A stretch of DNA of 27,712 bases from Myxococcales bacterium (lineage in GTDB: Bacteria; Myxococcota; Myxococcia; Myxococcales; Anaeromyxobacteraceae), in NCBI GenBank assembly GCA_038320275.1, contig JBBQEB010000034.1, forward strand, positions 1 to 27,712. Direction: 5' to 3'. Position 1 is the first letter of the stretch. Each line of letters begins with the position of its first letter. This document shows positions 7,318-18,568 of the stretch, one piece after another. The notes beneath the pieces were generated by a model. The model saw nothing but the letters and a program-made list of their open reading frames with translations. It was not told where the DNA came from and did not search any database. Position numbers and translations under genes: made by a program.

Positions 7318-8400
7318 TCACGCGCTCCGGAGCAGCGCCTCGGCCACGCGCTCTCCCGCGCGTCCATCCCACAGCGCGGGGCAGCGGGGTGCGGGCGCCT
7401 GCCCCAGCGCGCGCGCAGCCTCGCTGGCGATGCGCGCCGGGTCGGTCCCGACCACCACGTTCGTGCCCTCCTTCACCGTGATCGGCCGCTCGGTGCTCTC
7501 GCGCAGGGTGAGGCAGGCGATGCCGAGGGCGGTCGTCTCCTCCTGCAGCCCGCCCGAGTCGGTGAGGACGAGCCGAGCGCCGGCGAGGAGCGAGAGGAAG
7601 TCGAGGTAGCCGAGCGGCTCGAGCAGGGTGAGCGCCCCGGCGAGGCCCGCAGTCCCGGGCGCCTGGAGCCTCGAGCGCGTGCGCGGGTGCACCGGGAACA
7701 CGACCGGCAGCCGCTCCGAGAGCCGCGCCACCGCTCCCAGGAGCCTCTCCAGCCTGGCCGGATCGTCCACGTTCGACGGGCGGTGCAGCGTCAGGAGCGC
7801 ATAGCCGCCGGGGGGGAGCGCGAGCCGCTCCGGGACGCCGCGCGCCCGGGCCCGGGGCAGCGCGTGCAGGAGGCTGTCGATCATCACGTTTCCGACCCGC
7901 ACCACCCGCTCCGGCGGCAGGCCCTCGCGCGCGAGGTTCGCGTCGGCGTCGGCCGAGGGCGTGAGGAGGAGGTCCGCGAGGTGATCGGTGGCGATGCGGT
8001 TCAGCTCCTCCGGCATGCTTCGATCGCCGCTGCGGAGCCCCGCTTCGAGGTGCGCCACCCGCAGGCCGCGCTTCGCCGCCACCAGCGCCGCCGCCAAGGT
8101 CGAGTTCACGTCGCCCGGCACCAGCACCCAGTCCGGCGTTGGCCCGTCGTCGAGCGCGGCGTCGAAGGCGAGCATCACCTTCGCCGTCTGCTCGGCATGC
8201 GAGCCCGAGCCGACGCCCAGGTGGACGTCCGGCGCCGGGAGCCCCAGGTCCTCGAAGAAGACGTCCGACATGCGGGCGTCGTAGTGCTGGCCGGTGTGGA
8301 CGAGCCGCTGGTCCGCGCCACGAGCGGCGAGCGCCCGCATCACCGGCGCCACCTTCATGAAGTTCGGGCGGGCGCCCACCACGTGGAGCACGAGCGGCAT
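7318..8400 (-). CDS. wecB: UDP-N-acetylglucosamine 2-epimerase (non-hydrolysing)
   Basis: VVGARPNFMK, HTGQHYD, GDVNST, HLEAGLRS, MPEELNR, TDSGGLQEE, TERP. Start at ATG 8400. Confidence 0.95.
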   Translation of the reverse strand: MPLVLHVVGARPNFMKVAPVMRALAARGADQRLVHTGQHYDARMSDVFFEDLGLPAPDVHLGVGSGSHAEQTAKVMLAFDAALDDGPTPDWVLVPGDVNSTLAAALVAAKRGLRVAHLEAGLRSGDRSMPEELNRIATDHLADLLLTPSADADANLAREGLPPERVVRVGNVMIDSLLHALPRARARGVPERLALPPGGYALLTLHRPSNVDDPARLERLLGAVARLSERLPVVFPVHPRTRSRLQAPGTAGLAGALTLLEPLGYLDFLSLLAGARLVLTDSGGLQEETTALGIACLTLRESTERPITVKEGTNVVVGTDPARIASEAARALGQAPAPRCPALWDGRAGERVAEALLRSA

Positions 8401-8566
8401 GGAGCGAGCGTACGACGTCCGGGGGCCGGGAGGGCCGCTCTTCCGGAGCCGTGCGGCCAGAAATGACCTCGAACTGCGGCCAGGTGCGGCGGCGCCTGGC
8501 GACCGCATCCCCCGGACCGCAACGACCTGGCCGGCTCGTCATCCCCGCGCGGGCCGGAGCAGCAGG

Positions 8567-8595
8567 TTGACGGATCTGCCGGCGGCCTGTAGTGA
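8567..8595 (+). promoter_or_regulatory. Candidate sigma70-type promoter of the kdsB operon
   Basis: TTGACG-N17-TAGTGA, ending 10 nt before the TTG at 8606. Confidence 0.5.
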
Positions 8596-11016
<2,421 letters not shown>

Positions 11017-11844
11017 ATGCCGACCGTCCGCGCGCGGGTCGCCGGGTTCGAGGTGGGCGACGCCCAGCCGCTGCTCCTCATCGCCGGGCCCTGCGTGCTC
11101 GAGTCGGAGGCGCAGGCGCTCTCCCACGCCCGCCGGGTGAAGGCTCTCGCGGCCCGGCACGGCGTGCCGGTGGTGTTCAAGGCGAGCTTCGACAAGGCGA
11201 ATCGCACCAGCCTCACGAGCTTCCGCGGCGTGGGGCTGGAGGCGGGGCTCGCCATCTTCGAGGCGGTGAAGCGCGAGACCGGGCTCCCCTGCCTCACCGA
11301 CGTGCACGAGGCCTGGCAGGCCGAGCCGGTGGGCCGGGTGGTGGACGTGCTCCAGGTCCCGGCGTTCCTCTGCCGCCAGACCGACCTCGTGGTGGCCTGC
11401 GCCCGCCATGGCCAGAGCGTGAACGTGAAGAAGGGGCAGTTCCTCGCCCCCCGCGACATGCGCCACGTGCTCGCGAAGTGCCGCGAGGCCGGCAACGCCA
11501 ACGTGGTCCTCACCGAGCGCGGCGCCTCGTTCGGCTACGGCAACCTGGTGGTGGACATGCGCAGCCTCGTGCAGATGCGCGAGCTCGGGGCGCCGGTCTG
11601 CCTCGACGCGACGCATTCGGTGCAGCTCCCCGGCGGCGCGGGAGACACCACCGGTGGCGACCGGCAGTTCGTGGCCCCCCTGGCGCGCGCCGCGGCTGCG
11701 GTGGGCATCGATGCGCTCTTCGCCGAGATCCACGAGGACCCCACGGCGGCCCGGAGCGACGGCCCCAACTCGCTCGACTTCGACGCGGCCGACCGGGTGC
11801 TGCGTGACGTGCTCGCCATCCGCCGGGCCCTGGGGCAGGCGTGA
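11017..11844 (+). CDS. kdsA: KDO8P synthase
   Basis: IAGPCVLES, FKASFDKANRTS, PAFLCRQTDL, KKGQFL, ERGASFGY, DATHSVQ, SDG. Confidence 0.98.
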   Translation: MPTVRARVAGFEVGDAQPLLLIAGPCVLESEAQALSHARRVKALAARHGVPVVFKASFDKANRTSLTSFRGVGLEAGLAIFEAVKRETGLPCLTDVHEAWQAEPVGRVVDVLQVPAFLCRQTDLVVACARHGQSVNVKKGQFLAPRDMRHVLAKCREAGNANVVLTERGASFGYGNLVVDMRSLVQMRELGAPVCLDATHSVQLPGGAGDTTGGDRQFVAPLARAAAAVGIDALFAEIHEDPTAARSDGPNSLDFDAADRVLRDVLAIRRALGQA

Positions 11845-12341
11845 CGCCCGACGAGCTCACGGAGCGTGCCCGCCGGGTCCGGCTCCTGCTGTTCGACGTG
11901 GACGGCGTCCTCACGGACGGCCGCCTCTACTACAGCGCCGACGGCGAGGAGCTGAAGGCGTTCGACGCCCGCGACGGGCACGGCATCGTGCTCGTCCGCG
12001 ACCACGTGGTGCTGGGGGTCATCTCTGGCCGGCCGGGCCTCGCCCGCAAGCGGCTGGAGGAGCTCCGCTTCGCGCACTTCGTCTTCGCGCAGCGCGACAA
12101 GCTGCAGGGGTACGCCGGGCTCGCGCACCTCGGAATCCCGGACGAAGACGTGGCGTACATGGGGGACGACGTCAACGACCTCGGGCTTCTCGCCCGGGTG
12201 GGGCTCGCCGCCTGCCCGGCCGATGCGCGCCCGGAGGTCCGCGCCCTCGCGCACTTCGTCGCGCCCTCGCGCGGCGGGCGCGGCGCGGCCCGGGAGCTCT
12301 GCGAGCTCATCCTGAAGGCGAAGGGGCTCTGGAAGTACTGA
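11841..12341 (+). CDS. kdsC: KDO8P phosphatase (HAD family)
   Basis: DVDGVLTDG, AYMGDDVND, GGRGAARE. Confidence 0.93.
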   Translation: MTPDELTERARRVRLLLFDVDGVLTDGRLYYSADGEELKAFDARDGHGIVLVRDHVVLGVISGRPGLARKRLEELRFAHFVFAQRDKLQGYAGLAHLGIPDEDVAYMGDDVNDLGLLARVGLAACPADARPEVRALAHFVAPSRGGRGAARELCELILKAKGLWKY

Positions 12342-12363
12342 CGAGCGCCCCCGCCCCGCCGCC

Positions 12364-13293
12364 TTGCCACCCCCGCTGCACAAGCGCGTGAAGCGCGCCG
12401 TCCGCTCCGCGTTCCTGCGCGCCGTCATCTCGGTCCTCTCGCTCATCCCCCTCCGCGCCGCCCTCGCGCTGGGCGCGCTGGTGGGCCGCCTCGGCTGGTC
12501 CCTCGCGCCGGGCAACCGGAGGCTCGTGCTGGAGGGGCTCGCCGCAGCCTTTCCCGAGAAGCCCGAGGAGGAGCGATGCGCCATCGGATGCGCCAGCATG
12601 GTGCACCTCGGCCAGGTCGCCGCCGAAGTGGTGACGCTGCGCCAGTACGCGAAGCGCATCGAGGCGTACGTCTCGATGGAGCCCACCGGCGAGGCGCGGG
12701 TCCGGGCGGCCATGGCGCGCGGGCAGGGGATGATCTGCTGCGCCGGGCACATCGGGAACTGGGAGCTCATGGCGCAGCGGCTCTCCATCATCACCCAGCC
12801 CAACGCCGTCATCGCGAAGCTCAACGCGGACGGGTGGATGAACCGCGCCATCTCCGCGCTGCGCGCCGAAGGGGGGGTGAAGACCCTCTGGCGCGAGGAC
12901 CCCAACACAGGGCGCGAGCTCATCCGCATCTTCCGGAAGGGCGGGGCGCTCGGCATCCTCATCGACCAGGACACCAAGGTGCAGGGCGTCTTCGTGCCCT
13001 TCTTCGGGAAGCTGGCGTTCACGCCGCGCGCCATCGGCGACCTCGCCCTGCGTTTCGGAGCGACCGTGCTCGTCATCACCTGCCACCGCCGCGGCCCGGA
13101 TCCCGGGGATGGTCACGAGCTCGACGTGGTCGAGGTCCCCTACGACCCGAGCCCTGTCGATGAGGAGGCCGAGTCGGTTCGCATCACCGCCGCCTGCGTC
13201 GCGGCCCAGGAAGCTGCCATCCGGCGGGCGCCCTCCGAGTGGGTGTGGATGCATCGACGGTGGAAGACCCGGCCGGAGTCGGAGCGCGCCTAG
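12364..13293 (+). CDS. Lipid A biosynthesis acyltransferase (LpxL/HtrB family)
   Basis: GHIGNWE, LIDQD, FVPFFG, PSEWVWMHRRWK. Confidence 0.92.
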   Translation: MPPPLHKRVKRAVRSAFLRAVISVLSLIPLRAALALGALVGRLGWSLAPGNRRLVLEGLAAAFPEKPEEERCAIGCASMVHLGQVAAEVVTLRQYAKRIEAYVSMEPTGEARVRAAMARGQGMICCAGHIGNWELMAQRLSIITQPNAVIAKLNADGWMNRAISALRAEGGVKTLWREDPNTGRELIRIFRKGGALGILIDQDTKVQGVFVPFFGKLAFTPRAIGDLALRFGATVLVITCHRRGPDPGDGHELDVVEVPYDPSPVDEEAESVRITAACVAAQEAAIRRAPSEWVWMHRRWKTRPESERA

Positions 13294-13307
13294 CAAGCTC
13301 GGTGCCG
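13292..13307 (-). promoter_or_regulatory. Sigma54 -24/-12 motif, reverse orientation (site 1)
   Basis: Minus strand CGGCACCGAGCTTGCT, i.e. GG-N10-GC with GGCAC and TTGCT. Confidence 0.6.
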
Positions 13308-13349
13308 AAATGTCCCGAGATCCGGCGACATAGCTTCGACCCCTGGTTC

Positions 13350-13365
13350 AGCAAAGGACGTGCCA
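13350..13365 (-). promoter_or_regulatory. Sigma54 -24/-12 motif, reverse orientation (site 2)
   Basis: Minus strand TGGCACGTCCTTTGCT, a perfect match to TGGCACG-N4-TTGCW. Confidence 0.75.
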
Positions 13366-13380
13366 GTAGAATGCTTCAAA

Positions 13381-13914
13381 ATGTTTCGTCCCGTTTCGCC
13401 CACCTGGTTGGCCCTGCTCGCCCTCGCGTTCACCTCCGGGTGCGGGGACGGGCGCCCCCGCGAGGGCGAAGGCGTCCCCCCGGAGCTGGCCTTCCAGGGG
13501 CTCACGTTCCGCGTGTATCGCGGCTCGACGCTGGAGGCGACGGGCCAGGCGCAGCGAGCCTCTCTCCGGCGCGACAGCTCCGACGCGGCGGCGGAGGCCA
13601 TCCGCATCTGGTTTCCCAGAACCCCGGAGCGGGAAGAGACGAGGCTCGTCGCGGCGCGCGGAACGGGCAACCTTCGGGAGCGCCGGTTCCAGGTGGAGGG
13701 AGGGGTGCGGGCAGAGCAGGCCCGGGAGGTCGCCACCACTGCCTCGGCGCGCTACTCGGCGGCGGATGGGCTGGTGCGCGGCGACGAGCGCGTGGACGTC
13801 TCCGGCGGCGACTTCACCGTGCAGGGGCCCGGCTTCACCCTCGATCCCCGCGACGAGGTGGTGCGGCTCTCCGGGTCCACTTCGGGCCGTGCGGGCGGGG
13901 AGACGAGCCCGTGA
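13381..13914 (+). CDS. lptC: LPS export protein LptC-like
   Basis: N-terminal hydrophobic or lipoprotein segment, beta-rich body, position before lptA/lptB. ATG 13381 preferred. Confidence 0.7.
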   Translation: MFRPVSPTWLALLALAFTSGCGDGRPREGEGVPPELAFQGLTFRVYRGSTLEATGQAQRASLRRDSSDAAAEAIRIWFPRTPEREETRLVAARGTGNLRERRFQVEGGVRAEQAREVATTASARYSAADGLVRGDERVDVSGGDFTVQGPGFTLDPRDEVVRLSGSTSGRAGGETSP

Positions 13915-14447
13915 GCGCGCTCGGCCTCGCACTGCTCATGGCGGCGCAGCTCGCCGCGGCAACGTCGCAGGCGCCCCCGCGGGCGCGCCACGCTGGCCGG
14001 ACCCCCGCCGTCCAGGTGAAGCCCGCACCCCCGGTCACGCGCTTTCGAGCCGACGCGAGCGAGTACCTCTACCGGCAGCGAAAGTTCACCCTCACCGGCA
14101 ACGTGGTCTTCACGCGGGCGGATGCCACGCTCTCCTGCGATCGCGCCTCGGGCGAGAACGACGAGGCCGGCGACATCCGGCGCGCGGTGTGCGACGGCCA
14201 CGTGGAGCTGAGGAGCCCTGACATCCAGGTGAGCTGCCCGAAGCGCGCGATCTACGACGGCGAGGCCGTCACGGTGAGCTGCCCCGGCTCGGCGGTCCTG
14301 CGCAAGGCGGAGTCGATCTCGGAGGTGCAGGACCTCGTCTACGACCTCGGCGCGGACAAGGTCACCGTGAAGAACCAGCGCGGCACCTTGGTGCAGAGGC
14401 CCGGTGAGAACCTGCCCCTGGGCGCGAAGCGGAAGGCCCCCCGGTGA
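13911..14447 (+). CDS. lptA: LPS transport periplasmic protein LptA/OstA family
   Basis: GTG 13911 overlaps the lptC stop; signal peptide; RAD...[18 protein letters not shown]...CDGHVEL OstA-like pattern. Confidence 0.8.
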   Translation: MSALGLALLMAAQLAAATSQAPPRARHAGRTPAVQVKPAPPVTRFRADASEYLYRQRKFTLTGNVVFTRADATLSCDRASGENDEAGDIRRAVCDGHVELRSPDIQVSCPKRAIYDGEAVTVSCPGSAVLRKAESISEVQDLVYDLGADKVTVKNQRGTLVQRPGENLPLGAKRKAPR

Positions 14448-15226
14448 AGCCCTTGGCGAAAGGGGCGGTCCTCCGCGCCGAGGGGCTCGCGAAGAGCTAC
14501 AAGCGCCGCCGCGTGGTGGATGGCGTCTCGTTCCACGTCCGGCCCGGCGAGGTGGTGGGGCTGCTCGGCCCGAACGGCGCCGGCAAGACCACGAGCTTCA
14601 ACATGGTGGTCGGGCTGGTGACGGCGGACGCCGGGCGCGTGCTGCTCGGAGACGAGGATCTCACCGCGCTGCCCATGCACAAGCGCGCGCGGCGCGGGGT
14701 GGGCTACCTGCCGCAGGAGGCCTCCATCTTCCGCAAGCTCACCGTGCGCCAGAACTTCACCGCGGTGCTGGAGGCGCTGGGCATGCGCCGCGCCGCGCGC
14801 GAGGCACGCGCCGACGAGCTCCTCGCCGAGTTCAGGCTGGAACAGGTGGCCGGGAGCCTGGGAGAGACGCTGTCGGGCGGCGAGCGGCGCAGGGCCGAGG
14901 TGGCGCGCTCGCTCCTCTCCGGCCCTCGCTACATCCTCTTCGATGAGCCCTTCGCCGGGGTCGATCCGATCGCCGTCGGCGAGCTGCGCCGCCTCATCGC
15001 CGCGCTGCAGGGCAAGGGCATCGGCGTCCTCCTCACCGACCACAACGTGCGCGAGGCGCTCGCCATCTGCGATCGCGCCTACATCCTGTCGAGCGGTACC
15101 ATTCTGGAGGAGGGCACGCCCGCGGCGATCGCGGCGAGCGATCGCGCCCGCGCCGTCTACCTGGGCGAGGGCTTCCGCCTCGAGCCCTCCGCACCTTCGA
15201 ACCCCTCCGCACCGGAGCCCCGATGA
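14444..15226 (+). CDS. lptB: LPS export ABC ATPase
   Basis: [48 protein letters not shown]. Confidence 0.97.
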   Translation: MKPLAKGAVLRAEGLAKSYKRRRVVDGVSFHVRPGEVVGLLGPNGAGKTTSFNMVVGLVTADAGRVLLGDEDLTALPMHKRARRGVGYLPQEASIFRKLTVRQNFTAVLEALGMRRAAREARADELLAEFRLEQVAGSLGETLSGGERRRAEVARSLLSGPRYILFDEPFAGVDPIAVGELRRLIAALQGKGIGVLLTDHNVREALAICDRAYILSSGTILEEGTPAAIAASDRARAVYLGEGFRLEPSAPSNPSAPEPR

Positions 15227-16728
15227 GCCTCGAGCTGAAGCAGCACCTCAAGATGTCGCAGCAGCTGGTCATGACGCCCCAGCTGCAGCAGGCCATCAAG
15301 CTCCTGCAGCTCTCCCGCATGGAGCTCGTCGATCTCATCCGCAGCGAGGTCACCGAGAATCCTCTCCTGGAGGAGCCGGGGGAGGGTGAGGAGGAGGGGC
15401 GCGCCGACGGCGCCAGCCCGGCGGAGCAGGCGCGCGCCGAGGCCGAGCCGCAGCACAAGGAGGCGGAGAAGAACGAGGAGGTGAAGGGCGAGGAGGGCGC
15501 GAACGAGATCGACTGGGATCAGTACCTCGATCACTACCAGCTCCAGGGCCACACCGCCCCGTCGAACCGCGGCCTCTCCGACGAGGAGCTGCCCGGTTAC
15601 GAGGCGACGCTCACGAAGAAGACCGACCTCGTGGATCACCTCGTCTGGCAGCTCCGTTTGTCGAGCTTCACGCACGACGAGGAGAAGGTCGCGATGCTGA
15701 TCATCGGCAACCTCGACGCCGACGGCTACTTCAAGATGCCGCAGGTGGAAGGCGAGGTGGAGGACGGCGCCGCCCGCGACCCGCTGGTGCGCGTGGCCTT
15801 CGAGTCCGGGATGGGGGTGGAATTCTGCGAGCGGGTCCTCAAGAAGGTGCAGCTCCTCGACCCGCCCGGCGTCGCGGCGCGCGATCTCCGCGAGTGCCTC
15901 AGCCTTCAAGTCGTCGCGCTGAACGCAGACACGCCGGAGATCGTGGCGATCATCGACCGCCACCTGAAGCACCTCGAGTCGAAGAACTACGCCGCCATCG
16001 CCAAGGACCTGAAGCTCACCATCGACGAGGTGGTGAAGGCGGTGAAGGTCATCAGCCGGCTGGAGCCCAAGCCGGGACGCGCCTATTCCGGCGAGGAGGC
16101 GCAGTACATCACCCCCGACGTCTACGTGCACAAGATGGGGGACAAGTACGTCACCGTCCTGAACGACGACGGGCTTTCCAAGCTGCGCATCAGCGGCATG
16201 TACCGATCCGCGCTCAAGAACGGACAGGCCGGCAACGCCAAGGAATACATCCAGGACAAGCTCCGCAGCGCGGTATGGCTCATCCGCTCGATCCACCAGC
16301 GCCAGCGCACCATCTTCAAGGTCACCGATTCGATCGTGAAGTTCCAGAAGGAGTTCTTCGACAAGGGTATCGCCCATCTCAAGCCGCTCATCCTGCGGGA
16401 CGTGGCGGAGGACATCGGCATGCACGAGTCGACCGTCTCACGCGTCACCACCAACAAGTACGTGCACACGCCGCAGGGCATCTACGAGCTCAAGTTCTTC
16501 TTCAACTCCGCCATCCACAAGACCGGCGGCGATGAGATCGCGAGCGAGGCGGTGAAGAACCACATCAAGCAGATCGTGGCCGCCGAGGACCCCAAGCGCC
16601 CCCATTCGGACCAGAAGCTCGTCGAGCTCCTCAAGGTTCAAAGGATCGAGATCGCGCGCCGCACCGTCGCCAAATACCGGGAGGTCCTGGGCATCCTGCC
16701 GTCCTCGAAGCGCAAGAAGTTCTTCTGA
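15223..16728 (+). CDS. rpoN: RNA polymerase sigma-54 factor
   Basis: [21 protein letters not shown] and RpoN box [10 protein letters not shown]. Confidence 0.99.
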   Translation: MSLELKQHLKMSQQLVMTPQLQQAIKLLQLSRMELVDLIRSEVTENPLLEEPGEGEEEGRADGASPAEQARAEAEPQHKEAEKNEEVKGEEGANEIDWDQYLDHYQLQGHTAPSNRGLSDEELPGYEATLTKKTDLVDHLVWQLRLSSFTHDEEKVAMLIIGNLDADGYFKMPQVEGEVEDGAARDPLVRVAFESGMGVEFCERVLKKVQLLDPPGVAARDLRECLSLQVVALNADTPEIVAIIDRHLKHLESKNYAAIAKDLKLTIDEVVKAVKVISRLEPKPGRAYSGEEAQYITPDVYVHKMGDKYVTVLNDDGLSKLRISGMYRSALKNGQAGNAKEYIQDKLRSAVWLIRSIHQRQRTIFKVTDSIVKFQKEFFDKGIAHLKPLILRDVAEDIGMHESTVSRVTTNKYVHTPQGIYELKFFFNSAIHKTGGDEIASEAVKNHIKQIVAAEDPKRPHSDQKLVELLKVQRIEIARRTVAKYREVLGILPSSKRKKFF

Positions 16729-16737
16729 CGCGCCCTT

Positions 16738-16753
16738 GGGCGTCTATGTTGCT
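16738..16753 (+). promoter_or_regulatory. Candidate sigma54 promoter upstream of hpf
   Basis: GGGCGTCTATGTTGCT, GG-N10-GC with TTGCT; imperfect -24 box. Confidence 0.4.
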
Positions 16754-16942
16754 CTCGGTGAGCGGGTCCCGGCGAGTCACGACCTCCGGTCGCGCGTCGC
16801 GCGACCTCGTGCGGGGAAGCGACCCATCGCTCCCCCCACACCCCTCACCGGTCCGGACCCAGAGGGCGAATCACGAGTCTGTTAGGCTTCTCGTCGTCCT
16901 CGCCGAAGAGCTCGTCGCTCACCCACGAAGTGGAGGCAGCGC

Positions 16943-17485
16943 ATGCAGGTGAACATCACCTTCCGACACCTCGAGCCGACCGAAGCCCTCAAGATGCACG
17001 CACGCGGGAAGGTGGAGCACATCGGGCGGTACATCGACCGGCCCAGCGAGGCGCACGTGGTGCTCCACGTGGAGAACCTGGAACACTGCGCCGACCTGAC
17101 GCTCAAGGCCGGACCGTTCCACCTCCGCGGCAAGGCGAGGAGCCCGGACATGTACGCCTCGATCGACAGCGCCGCCGAGAAGATCGAGCGGCAGCTCAAG
17201 AAGCACAAGGAGAAGCTCAACAGCCACAAGGTGTCCGACAGGGTGGGTAGCGGGCGCTCGGTGGACGTGCGCCACGAGGTGCTGGACGCCGAGAAGGCGC
17301 CCTCCGAGCGGGTGGTGAAGTCGAGCACTTTCCAGGCCCGCACCATGTCCGTCGACGAGGCGGTGCTGCAGCTCGATCTCGTCGAAGCGCAGTTCTACGT
17401 CTTCCAGAACGCCCACGACCACGCCATCAACGTCCTCTACCGGCGCGACGACGGGAAGCTTGGCCTCATCGAGGCCCGCGGCTGA
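16943..17485 (+). CDS. hpf: Ribosome hibernation promoting factor, long form
   Basis: MQVNITFRH, DMYASID, KIERQLKKHKEK, C-terminal MSVDEA...FYVF...INVLYRRDDG; GGAGG SD. Confidence 0.95.
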   Translation: MQVNITFRHLEPTEALKMHARGKVEHIGRYIDRPSEAHVVLHVENLEHCADLTLKAGPFHLRGKARSPDMYASIDSAAEKIERQLKKHKEKLNSHKVSDRVGSGRSVDVRHEVLDAEKAPSERVVKSSTFQARTMSVDEAVLQLDLVEAQFYVFQNAHDHAINVLYRRDDGKLGLIEARG

Positions 17486-17504
17486 GAAGGCCGGGAGGCG
17501 CGCC

Positions 17505-17963
17505 ATGAAGATCGTCGAGTTCCTCACCCCCGGCGCCGTCGTCGATGACCTGGGTGGCCCTGCGGCGGAGCCAGCGCTGGCCGCGCTCTGCCGGCCGCTG
17601 GCAGCGCTGCACAGGATGGACGCCCAACGGTTGCTCGACACGCTGCTCGAGCGCGAGCGGCTCGGTTCGACCGGCATCGGCGAAGGGATCGCGATCCCGC
17701 ACGGCAAGGTGCCCGGCCTCCCCGCGCTGATGGCCTGCTTCGGGCGAGCGCCCAAGGGCATCGACTTCCGCGCGATCGACGGCAAGCCCACCTACCTCTT
17801 CTTCGCCCTCTTCGCCCCCGAGAACTCCGCCGGCGTCCACCTCAAGGCCCTCGCGAGGGTGAGCCGAATCTTCAAGGGCGCCGCCTTCCGGCAGAGCATC
17901 CTCGACGCCAAGGACGCAGCCGAGATCTACCGGCTCATCGAGACCGAGGACGCGAAGTACTGA
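17505..17963 (+). CDS. ptsN: PTS EIIA nitrogen-regulatory component
   Basis: RERLGSTGIGEGIAIPHG, HLKALARVSR; SD GGAGG before ATG 17505. Confidence 0.93.
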   Translation: MKIVEFLTPGAVVDDLGGPAAEPALAALCRPLAALHRMDAQRLLDTLLERERLGSTGIGEGIAIPHGKVPGLPALMACFGRAPKGIDFRAIDGKPTYLFFALFAPENSAGVHLKALARVSRIFKGAAFRQSILDAKDAAEIYRLIETEDAKY

Positions 17964-17989
17964 GCAGGCGTTGAAACCCGATCACCCAC

Positions 17990-18187
17990 GCCGCACGAGC
18001 GTCGGGCCGCAGAGGCCGCGGGAGCGAACGCAGGTCCCCGGCCGCACGAGCTCCGGCGCCGGAGGCCGCCGGAGCAAATGCAGGTCCTCGGCCCCGCGAG
18101 CGCCGGGGCCGGCCCGCGGGAGCGAATGCAGGCCGAAGATCGGGCCTTCCCGGCCCCGCGAGCGCCGGGGCCGGAGGCCGCGGGAGC
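17990..18187. repeat. Four degenerate tandem copies of a ~50 bp GC-rich unit
   Basis: Units start at 17990, 18041, 18091 and 18153. Consensus approx GCCSCRCGAGCGCCGGGGCCGGAGGCCGCGGGAGCGAATGCAGGTCC. Copy 3 has an indel and extension; copy 4 is partial. Confidence 0.9.
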
Positions 18188-18409
18188 CCGTTGCGGAGCC
18201 GCGCACTCTCGGACCCATGGCGCGGCTGGAGCGCCAAGCCGCGCACCCGGAAGCGTGCTGCCGTCTGTCCGAGAGAGCGTGCAAACGGACATCGCCCGCC
18301 CACGAGCGCCGATAGCGAGCGAGTTACGGCAGCGCGCCACGCGAACCCCAGTGCGCTCCAGTCGCCACGCGCTCCCCTGATCCGCGGCGCAGCCCGGGCG
18401 ACCGCGGCC

Positions 18410-18520
18410 CCGAGCCCCGGCGCGGGGATCGCGACGGGAGCCGGTCGACGGCAGAGCCGAGCCCCGGCGCGGGGATCGCGCCGGGGAGCCTGGGCAACAG
18501 AAGGCCCCGGCGCGGGGATC
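18410..18520. repeat. Three copies of palindromic core GCCCCGGCGCGGGGATC in a ~45 bp tandem unit
   Basis: Identical 17-mers at 18414, 18461 and 18504 (periods 47 and 43); CCCCG-GCG-CGGGG hairpin. Confidence 0.9.
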
Positions 18521-18568
18521 CCCCAAGCTGAAATCTAGCGAGCACGACAGGTGCTCAGGCGCGGGCGC

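Noticed and set aside
11017..13293. No kdsD in the kds cluster, with an acyltransferase before lptC
   Set aside because: Gene-order variation; kdsD may lie elsewhere, and absence cannot be judged from one window.
18410..18520. Mini CRISPR array
   Set aside because: Spacers resemble each other and differ in length, the repeat is only 17-24 bp, and there are no cas genes or AT-rich leader.
17927..18545. Short ORFs across the ptsN-lepB intergenic region
   Set aside because: Repeat units of 50, 51, 47 and 43 bp mostly do not preserve frame, and the translations are low complexity.
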